From a virus (Duplodnaviria; Caudoviricetes): DNA of 33,966 bases. A program made the translations under genes and the position numbers. Of the stretch, positions 1 to 6,589 are shown in pieces. Numbering within the stretch: position 1 is the stretch's first letter; each line of letters starts with the position of its first letter. A model generated the notes under the pieces. That model saw only the letters and a list, made by a program, of their open reading frames with translations, was not told the DNA's origin and ran no database searches. The stretch lies in the IMG/VR virus record IMGVR_UViG_3300037601_000028, positions 1-33,966 of that record. The stretch is one strand, 5' to 3'.

Positions 1-261
1 GGCCGATTTTAGGCTGAATGCCTTAGGGGGTCGCAAAGCGGCCCTCTAGAGAAGCCGAGCTCGAAACTTAACTATCTGAAATATAATCAGAATTTTGGTA
101 GCGGAGGTGCGTTGCCGGCAATCCCCCCAAGATGTTCGCTTTATAATTTCCAGGCTCTCGGCCTGATTGATAATCGTCGTTTGGGCACCTAACGTCGCGA
201 ATGGGGTCGGTTTCAGACAGACCGCTGCAGCGGGCCGCAAGAATAGCCGCCATTACAAGCT

Positions 262-277
262 TGGAGCGGGTAGCGGG
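262..277 (-). other. Putative att core: duplicated 3' end of tRNA-Gly (CCCGCTACCCGCTCCA)
   Basis: Minus strand reads CCCGCTACCCGCTCCA (T-stem 3' half + acceptor stem + CCA), as I recall for alphaproteobacterial tRNA-Gly(CCC); the rest of the tRNA is absent; orientation puts the phage on the expected side. Confidence 0.75.
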
Positions 278-325
278 CGCTGCACCGTTGTGTCGAACCC
301 TTGAAATAATTGGAGAAACAAGGTT

Positions 326-370
326 TGGAGCGGATCTGGTGGCCCAGCTGGTGGCCCCGGATCCGCTCCA
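326..370. repeat. 11-bp inverted repeat enclosing two 10-bp direct repeats (candidate integrase arm sites and/or terminator)
   Basis: TGGAGCGGATC (326-336) / GATCCGCTCCA (360-370); CTGGTGGCCC at 336-345 and 348-357. Confidence 0.65.
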
Positions 371-681
371 TCAGTAATAACCCCACTTCCAGAGCTGCAC
401 CACCTTGGTGCCGGCCGGCCGACGCAGGCGCAGCACACCTTTATCCAAGGAAGTGGGGATATAGAAACGAACAGACATACGGCCGACCTGACCGCACTGG
501 CCACAGGACGCCGGCGGCTCATATGCCTTCATCTCCGGCCCCAGACAGTGACCACGTCCGAAGCCAGGAAGGCAGTTTCGCGTTTGCAGGCATTGCAGCG
601 TTATATGACTACGCGGCCTTCCTCGGCCGCATGCTTAAGTCGATAAGCTTCGATCTTGCGCCAGCTTGGCGTCATGCACAT
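371..681 (-). pseudogene. Small CxxC...CxxC zinc-finger protein, disrupted
   Basis: Reconstructed MCMTPSWRKIEAYRLKHAAEEGRVVI*RCNACKRETAFLASDVVTVWG/PEMKAYEPPASCGQCGQVGRMSVRFY...QLWKWGYY; in-frame TAA at 601-603 and a 1-nt frameshift in the C-run near 539-542. Confidence 0.7.
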
Positions 682-717
682 GGCAACCCCGTTCGCTAGG
701 GCGCGCTTCCATGCCAT

Positions 718-732
718 GAACATACGCGGAAC
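718..732 (-). promoter_or_regulatory. Alphaproteobacterial LexA (SOS) box
   Basis: GAAC-ATACGCG-GAAC = GTTC-N7-GTTC on the minus strand, just upstream of the zinc-finger pseudogene. Confidence 0.75.
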
Positions 733-1019
733 AAGCTGTCAGCTTGATCGCTACTTTGGCGCCGGCGGCAACTCTGCTAAGGGCGCAAAACTTCCGCCCC
801 GGCGGGAATGACAAGCCTCGCCATCTGGCAATTATGTTGGGTTTAAGACGGCATACAAAAGAACCGCATTTTACTAAAACTGCGGAGTTTTGGCTGCAGT
901 TCAGAAACCATTGCGCCGTGCAGATGCAAGCGGGTGCCGCTATGGAAACACTCGATTAACGACCGCCGGTCACTCTTGCCCGCAATAACCACGAGGGGGC
1001 GGCGGCTGCCGTTGGACAA

Positions 1020-1916
1020 TTGAAACATCACAATCAAATATTGGCTTTGGCTCTTCCCATCCTTTTCCATTGCTTTGCAAACACTGCCGCATATGCCGAT
1101 GACTGGGTGGCGGAGCGGCTTCGTGGCTCGGTACTCGTCCTTCAGGGAGAAGAATGGGTGGCTCTTCAACGCGGTGATATCGTCTCGGACGACAGCTACA
1201 TAAAGACCCTAGGAAATGGCCGGGTAACGTTTGCCCGCAGTGCGGAAACCATTGAAGTCTCTGGACATTCGATGATCCAGATCATCGACCGGGATGGCGA
1301 AAAATTTACAAACGTTCATCAGCACTATGGTCAAATCGCCGTAGAGGCAGAAAAGCGGGACGTGAAACACTTTGGCGTCTTGACCCCTTACATGGCTGCC
1401 GTGGTCAAGGGGACGGAATTTGTCGTCAAGAGCACAAGCGCGGGTGCAAGTGTATCGGTCGATCGCGGTCAGGTGAGCGTAGCGGATCCGGACACCGGCA
1501 CGAACGTTGATATCACGCCCGGGCAATCCACCACCGTCGATCCAGCTGGACGCTTCGCTGTTGCTGCAACCGGCGGCGCTCCTTTGCCAGTTATTCGCGA
1601 CGCTGCGGGAGTGGCCGTCGATGGCGATGCCGCCGGCAATGGCAACGGCAAAGCCGGCGGAAACGGCAACGGCAATGCCGGTGGAAACGGCAACGGCAAT
1701 GCCGGTGGAAACGGCAACAGCAATGCCGGCGGAAACGGCAACAGCAATGCCGGCGGAAACGGCAACAGCAATGCCGGTGGAAACGGCAACAGCAATGCCG
1801 GCGGAAACGGCAACAGCAATGCCGGTGGAAACGGCAACAGCAATGCCGGCGGAAACGGTAACAGCAACGCCGGCGGAAACGGTAACAGCAACGCCGGCGG
1901 AAACGGCAATAGGTAG
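1020..1916 (+). CDS. Secreted FecR-domain protein with C-terminal (GNGNSNAG)n tail
   Basis: Signal-peptide-like N-terminus (…TAAYA-DDW); FecR motifs GDIV..DSYIKTLGNGRV and FGVLTPYMAAVVKGTEFVV…VSVDRGQVSV; TTG start uncertain. Confidence 0.85.
   Translation: MKHHNQILALALPILFHCFANTAAYADDWVAERLRGSVLVLQGEEWVALQRGDIVSDDSYIKTLGNGRVTFARSAETIEVSGHSMIQIIDRDGEKFTNVHQHYGQIAVEAEKRDVKHFGVLTPYMAAVVKGTEFVVKSTSAGASVSVDRGQVSVADPDTGTNVDITPGQSTTVDPAGRFAVAATGGAPLPVIRDAAGVAVDGDAAGNGNGKAGGNGNGNAGGNGNGNAGGNGNSNAGGNGNSNAGGNGNSNAGGNGNSNAGGNGNSNAGGNGNSNAGGNGNSNAGGNGNSNAGGNGNR
1635..1910 (+). repeat. 24-bp coding tandem repeat, 11 full units plus a partial
   Basis: GGAAACGGCAACAGCAATGCCGGY units encoding GNGN(S/G)NAG. 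Confidence 0.95.
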
Positions 1917-1984
1917 AAGCATCAGGAGTTAAATTGTTAACGCTTGGCCGTTAGGCTTTGGCGCGTCCCGCTTGGAGTCAAAAT

Positions 1985-2218
1985 ATGCCGGTAATTCAAC
2001 TCACTAGCGCGGTTGGCGTTGGCCGCGCCGCAATCTGGGTAAACACAGACCATATTGTCTCTTTTTCTAGTCAAACCGGAGGCGGATGTCAGTTGAAAAT
2101 GACCGGCAGTAACAGCATCATCGCGGTGATTGAGAAACCCGAAGTTATCGCTCAGCGGATTAATGAGGCCGGGCCGTCGCTAGCCCCCGCACGTACCGCT
2201 GGACCCGCGACCTCGTAG
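1985..2218 (+). CDS. Small FlbD-like protein
   Basis: ATG at 1985 after GGAG; MPVIQLT…IWVNTDHIVSF…LKMTG…IAVIEKPEVIAQRI follows the FlbD-family pattern. Confidence 0.6.
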   Translation: MPVIQLTSAVGVGRAAIWVNTDHIVSFSSQTGGGCQLKMTGSNSIIAVIEKPEVIAQRINEAGPSLAPARTAGPATS

Positions 2219-2404
2219 CATTGGGGCGCCGGGCTGCGCACGGGCCAGGACGCATAGAAACTGCGGTCCCCGGACCGCCCTGTTCGCGGGATTAGATGCT
2301 CGCACAAGCAGCAAGCTCGCCACCAACAATTTCTTTCCTGGACCACGACAAGAACTTTGCCCAAATCAACCCGGTTCATTACAGTCGTCCAATGCAATGC
2401 CCCA

Positions 2405-2420
2405 TTAATCCGATGTTAAC
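2405..2420 (+). promoter_or_regulatory. CtrA binding site
   Basis: TTAA-TCCGATG-TTAAC = TTAA-N7-TTAAC consensus, intergenic, ~90 bp upstream of the 2513 ORF. Confidence 0.65.
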
Positions 2421-2512
2421 CTTAGCGACAAATGACTGGTGATGTATCAAGACCAATGCGTCTTCGACAGAGTTAGAAAGGCATGGTTGTTTCGTGACAG
2501 GAAACCAGCGTT

Positions 2513-2713
2513 ATGCCGTCGACCTACTTAATCGCCAGAGACCATCTTCAACGAGCGCATGCCGTACTGCGACATGAAGATGGTCGCAGTGCTGAACTTC
2601 GCCACATCATCGAGCAGATGATAAATCTTCTAGACCGGATTGAAACACCGGCTTCTGGGCGAGAAACGAATGTGGTCAGCTTAGATAATTATCGCGACAG
2701 AAGGGTTCCGTAG
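2513..2713 (+). CDS. Small helical hypothetical protein
   Basis: 66 aa, ATG after AGGAAA, amphipathic helices, C-terminal NVVSLDNYR motif common in small rhizobial proteins. Confidence 0.65.
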   Translation: MPSTYLIARDHLQRAHAVLRHEDGRSAELRHIIEQMINLLDRIETPASGRETNVVSLDNYRDRRVP

Positions 2714-2841
2714 CCTCAAGCGCGCTTTGTGATGGGCGCAAAGGCTGCCGGCGGAGTTCCTGCCAGCTCCAGTTGCGTTCGATGGCCTTTAGTTCGGCAG
2801 CGGTGAACCGTTGCGGAGATCCGTTGGCAGAAACTTGCTGT

Positions 2842-3063
2842 TTAACGAGACAGACGAAGCTCAGACAGTTGATTAGCGATTTGCTCGAAGATGTCATCCA
2901 ATTCACTTGGGACCTCTGGCATGTACCAATAGCCCGGACCACTGGAGCAGGCTTTGAGTACGTTTTCCGTCGATGCGCTCGGGACCGAAAGACCACTGAT
3001 GTAGATTCTAATCCCGAGGTTCTTTGCGTTCTCGCAGGTGTCGAGTCTTTCTCGCCTCCCCAC
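2842..3063 (-). pseudogene. C-terminal remnant of a TadG/vWA-type pilus protein
   Basis: CENAKNLGIRIY…ENVLKACSSGPGYWY…ELDDIFEQIANQLSELRLSR is the typical TadG-family C-terminus; an in-frame TAG lies just upstream and the N-terminal portion is missing. Confidence 0.7.
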
Positions 3064-3272
3064 ATTTCCTGACCCAAGCTACCGGATGTGGCTAGATACC
3101 ATCGCGCAAACGTCTGATCTGCACCCTGGAAAAATCAAGGGAGCGGCTTCCACCGACACGATGTTGTGCCCTCAGCAGACTAAAAAAGACGCACACTATT
3201 CTCCTCGTCTCGATAGTTGATGTTATTTTCATTAATCATCTATACAGAGCTCACCTCTCCCAAACAAAGAAC

Positions 3273-3560
3273 TCACGATGTACGGGACCGCGGCCGGGTC
3301 ATCAGCAGGGCATCGAGCCGTGAAGTCAGATTCTCGATCGCCGTTTCGACCTTGCCCAGGGCGCGCGACACTTCGGCCCCGGTCACGTAGTTTTCGGCCG
3401 CATAGAGCTTGTGCGCCTCAAGCGACCGGCGCAGCGCCTCGATCTCCTTATCACGCCTTGCCATTTGCCCCAGCACCCAGCGAATAATGCCCCAGGCGGT
3501 GCCCCAGATCGCCAGCAGCGCCGTGACCAGCGCCAGTGCCAGCTCAAGAGTTAAGACCAC
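3273..3560 (-). CDS. Phage membrane protein (1 TM + coiled coil), last gene of the lysis region
   Basis: N-terminal hydrophobic helix followed by a coiled coil; co-oriented after the spanins. Confidence 0.75.
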   Translation of the reverse strand: MVLTLELALALVTALLAIWGTAWGIIRWVLGQMARRDKEIEALRRSLEAHKLYAAENYVTGAEVSRALGKVETAIENLTSRLDALLMTRPRSRTS

Positions 3561-3569
3561 GCGCCACCC

Positions 3570-3761
3570 CTATGGTTTCCAGCCGCAAATGCGTTCGCCG
3601 CTTTCGTTGAGAACGATCAGCTGGTCCTTTTCGCCATCGGTCCATCGCTCACTGGCGCCGGGATCCGGCCGGAAGGCGCCGACGCTGCAGAGCGAACCCG
3701 CATGCGCACCACAGCCGGCGAGCAGCAGAGCCAGGCCGGCGGCCATGACTATTTTGACCAT
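3570..3761 (-). CDS. Putative o-spanin lipoprotein (Rz1-like)
   Basis: Lipobox LLAGC, two further Cys, overlaps the end of the i-spanin. Confidence 0.75.
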   Translation of the reverse strand: MVKIVMAAGLALLLAGCGAHAGSLCSVGAFRPDPGASERWTDGEKDQLIVLNESGERICGWKP

Positions 3762-4054
3762 CGATCGAACCTCCGATCACGCTCGGCCTTGCCCTCGGGC
3801 GATGCCGGGATGGCGCGCACATCTTCCTTGATTTCATGAATGGTCTGCCGGGCCTGGTCGTCGGCCTTGTGCTGCTTGACCCGCTCGGCCGTGACGCCGG
3901 CTTTGCGGCCCCGCGCATAGACCGAGGCCACCCCGCCAGCGAACAGTGCCGCCAGCAGACCGTTAAGGCCGAAATAGATCCACAGCACCAGGCCGATCGG
4001 TAAGGCAGCAGCCAGCGGCCACCACCAGGGCAAGAGATCGAGCGCGGCGGTCAT
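3749..4054 (-). CDS. Putative i-spanin (Rz-like)
   Basis: ATGA overlap with the endolysin stop; N-terminal TM segments and a charged helical C-terminus. Confidence 0.7.
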   Translation of the reverse strand: MTAALDLLPWWWPLAAALPIGLVLWIYFGLNGLLAALFAGGVASVYARGRKAGVTAERVKQHKADDQARQTIHEIKEDVRAIPASPEGKAERDRRFDRWSK

Positions 4055-4572
4055 GGCGAGATCCCCGCCAGACAAATCTCACGATCGCCGATGCGGGCCT
4101 GGTCGCCATTCTCGCGCCGCAACACCAGGCCGCGCACCACGCGACCGCCGGCGCGGTTAAACCAGGTCATGGCCTCGCAAGCGCCGTCCCAATCCTTGGC
4201 GGCGGCGCGCTTGGCGGCCGTCGATCGACAGACCGCGCCGGTCCCCACATTATAGGCCAAGTCGAGAAACGACGCCTGCACGCTGAACGGCACGCCGGCA
4301 AAGCCAGGGATGCACGCGGCGATCGGCCGGTGATAGTCGCGATCCATGCGCTTTAGCAGCATGTCCAGACATTGCTGATCGGTGTAGCTATCGCCGCGTT
4401 TAACGCCCTGCGTTTCGCCATAGCAGACCGTCCACACCCCGCCCAGGCTGTCCCAATAGGCGACATTGCGTTTCGATTCCCACGGCATGGTCAAAGTGGT
4501 TGCCGTGAACATGACTAGCGACATGCCGGCGGCCGCCGCTGCGGCCAGGGCCGCTTTTGCTCGCCTGCTCAT
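4051..4572 (-). CDS. GH24 phage lysozyme, probable SAR endolysin
   Basis: WE…YWD…VWTVCYGET catalytic motif, AYNVG, GLVLRR; Ala-rich N-terminal anchor. Confidence 0.92.
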   Translation of the reverse strand: MSRRAKAALAAAAAAGMSLVMFTATTLTMPWESKRNVAYWDSLGGVWTVCYGETQGVKRGDSYTDQQCLDMLLKRMDRDYHRPIAACIPGFAGVPFSVQASFLDLAYNVGTGAVCRSTAAKRAAAKDWDGACEAMTWFNRAGGRVVRGLVLRRENGDQARIGDREICLAGISP

Positions 4573-4573
4573 G

Positions 4574-4783
4574 TCAAAGTCCTTTCTGCGCCATCAGCCG
4601 CGCGATCGCGGCCAGCACATTGATGAAAAAGATCAGGGCGAAGAATGTGCCCGGCTGCAGCGGCAGTGCGCCGTGCAGATAGGGCAAGGCAATTTCCAAA
4701 GCCCCCAGGATGATCGCCAGCGCCAAAAGCTTCAGCGACCAGGCGCGCGCGATCAGCGCCCGCCAGTTCGAAACCAGTTTCAC
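4574..4783 (-). CDS. Holin-like protein (2 TM)
   Basis: MKLVSNWR…AWS…ARLMAQ pattern, two TM helices, immediately upstream of the endolysin. Confidence 0.75.
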   Translation of the reverse strand: MKLVSNWRALIARAWSLKLLALAIILGALEIALPYLHGALPLQPGTFFALIFFINVLAAIARLMAQKGL

Positions 4784-4839
4784 GTCATATCCCCGATGTT
4801 GATGGAAGGTGCGGCCGCGCCCGGCCGTTCACGCTGGCG

Positions 4840-5907
4840 TCAGCCGAGCGTGTCATGCGCCGGCAGCGCGAAAGATGGCTGCGCCGCCGACCCGGCCTTG
4901 CGGCCGTCTTTGCCGGCGCCTGCGCCGGGTTGTTTCAATTCCAGGCTGGTGACAGAAGCGCCGGTGCGGCTGGCGGTGTGCGTGATCGATGAAATCACAT
5001 ATTCGCCATCGACCCCGGTGCGGGCACCCGAGATCCGGCAAACGCCCTCGACCACGGCAGACAGCGCCAGATCAAGCTTGACCGTGCCAGTGCCGCCCTC
5101 GCGATCGTTTTCGCGGCCGCGCGCATCCAGCACCGCATCCGCCTCGGCCTCGTCGGCCAGGGTCGGGCGCAGCACATTGAGGGCCGGGATCTCGACCCCG
5201 TTGCCGAATTCGAGATCCTTGATCTTGAACGCGGCCGAAGCCCGATCAAACCAGTGCGCCCTGCCCCCGGCAAATTGCCGGCGCGGCTGGCGCGGCGTGA
5301 TCGACCAATCAATCAGGTTGTCGCCATAGATCGCCTCGGTCACACCGAGGGCTTGGGCACCTTGGGCTGCGAACACCGCCTGATCGCCCCGGATCTTGAA
5401 GGTGGCGCCATATTTGCGCGCCAGGCGCTGCCCGGCCGAAATCAGGCTGTCCCCATCGGCCGCCCAATAGTCTTGCGCGATCGCCGCCAGCTGCGGATCC
5501 ACCTTGATCGAGAGGCCCGAGCGCTCGGCCAGCTTGCCGAGAAAACCGCCCAGATCGGCATCGTCCAGGTGAAAGCGCTGCGGCTCCTTTGCCTTGCCGC
5601 CGGTATCAAAGCCCTTGGCCTGGACGCGCAGCACGCGGCCGGCGCTACGGCTGCCGCTGCTTTGCACCGTCTCGACAAAGCCAGCGAACACCCTGGCACC
5701 ATTGATCCGCACCAGCACCGGGCTGCGCTTGGCCGGCAGCCGGATCTGGCCGGCGCTATCGTCCAGCTCAAGGCTGCAGCTGTCCGATGCTTCGCCATCG
5801 CGATCGGTCACGGTGATGGACTGCAGCACCGGCCGCCAGGCAGCGGTCAGATCCTGGCCGGCGATTTCCACCTGCCAATCGACTTGCCATTTGTCTTTGC
5901 TGGGCAT
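4840..5907 (-). CDS. Baseplate hub / late control protein D (P2 gpD-like)
   Basis: LQSITVTDRDGEASDSCSLELDD motif; follows gpX. Confidence 0.88.
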   Translation of the reverse strand: MPSKDKWQVDWQVEIAGQDLTAAWRPVLQSITVTDRDGEASDSCSLELDDSAGQIRLPAKRSPVLVRINGARVFAGFVETVQSSGSRSAGRVLRVQAKGFDTGGKAKEPQRFHLDDADLGGFLGKLAERSGLSIKVDPQLAAIAQDYWAADGDSLISAGQRLARKYGATFKIRGDQAVFAAQGAQALGVTEAIYGDNLIDWSITPRQPRRQFAGGRAHWFDRASAAFKIKDLEFGNGVEIPALNVLRPTLADEAEADAVLDARGRENDREGGTGTVKLDLALSAVVEGVCRISGARTGVDGEYVISSITHTASRTGASVTSLELKQPGAGAGKDGRKAGSAAQPSFALPAHDTLG

Positions 5908-5910
5908 GGC

Positions 5911-6141
5911 CTAACCTTCCCCGAACAGATCCAGCACCGGCACCGGCTGGCTGGCGGATTTCGGCGCATATTCGGGCAGCAGCACCGTTGTGCCGATCGG
6001 GATTTCGGCGCCGGCGGCGGCCAGCCCCGGATTGGCCTCAAGCGTCTGTTCGAGCAGCGCCGGCCCATCTGCCCCGAATTTCCGCCACAGCAGCAAATCG
6101 AGCATGGTGCGCGGCCGCGTGACCGTGATCGCTTCCATCAT
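5911..6141 (-). CDS. Tail protein X (P2 gpX-like, LysM-like)
   Basis: LDLLLWRKFG…LEANPGLA…IPIGTTVLLP. Confidence 0.88.
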   Translation of the reverse strand: MMEAITVTRPRTMLDLLLWRKFGADGPALLEQTLEANPGLAAAGAEIPIGTTVLLPEYAPKSASQPVPVLDLFGEG

Positions 6142-6587
6142 CAAAGCACCTCAAACAAAGAGAGCAGCATGCCGACCAGGCCGCCGCCTTGCGCGCTGCC
6201 CAGGGCGCCATCGGTATCGACCTTCACCAGCTCAAGCGTGTAAGCCACCACGAACCCGATCCCGAGCATGGTCAGATCCTTGTGCTGCTCGGTCACGGAC
6301 TCGATCGCATACCAGCCCAGCACTTTGCCATCGCCCCGCATCACCGGCACCTTGGTGCCGGCGCTTGAGAGCGCGTGCAGCTGGTCGATCTGGGGCAGAC
6401 CGCCAAGCTTGGTTGGCAGTACCCGGCCGGTGATGGTGATGCCCTGGTCGGCCTCGCCCATATATTCACGCGGCTGCAGGCCACCCATAACCGGCTTGGC
6501 GGCAAGATCCGCACCAGAGTTGCGGTTGAAGCCTTCCGGCCCGAGCGGAAAGGTATCGATGCCCACAGGGCCGACTTGAAACAGCAT
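6141..6587 (-). CDS. Tail tube initiator (P2 gpU-like)
   Basis: EYMGE…ITITGRVLP…RGDGKVLGWYAIESVTE. Confidence 0.88.
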   Translation of the reverse strand: MLFQVGPVGIDTFPLGPEGFNRNSGADLAAKPVMGGLQPREYMGEADQGITITGRVLPTKLGGLPQIDQLHALSSAGTKVPVMRGDGKVLGWYAIESVTEQHKDLTMLGIGFVVAYTLELVKVDTDGALGSAQGGGLVGMLLSLFEVL

Positions 6588-6589
6588 GG

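Noticed and set aside
16-220. Two GGGGTCG-centred segments (about 16-45 and 191-220) that might be degenerate interspersed repeats
   Set aside because: Identity beyond 7 bp is too weak to support without a genome-wide search
262-340. Intact tRNA gene
   Set aside because: Only the last 16 nt match; the adjacent sequence lacks the T-loop GTTCGA in register and does not form a cloverleaf
310-959. Plus-strand ORFs 310-699 and 744-959
   Set aside because: No motifs or RBS; the first is antisense to the zinc-finger pseudogene
1635-1910. Possible CRISPR array or DGR template (AAC-rich repeat)
   Set aside because: Head-to-tail units without unique spacers, within a CDS; no cas or reverse transcriptase gene in the window
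1209-1932. Alternative-frame repeat ORFs (PAETATAM, PFPPALLL, AGIAVAVS)
   Set aside because: Shadows of the 24-bp array; most unit variation is synonymous in the GNGNSNAG frame, which is fused to the FecR domain
1929-1954. Second CtrA site upstream of the FlbD-like gene
   Set aside because: TTAA half-sites are spaced 4 nt apart, not 7; at best a half-site
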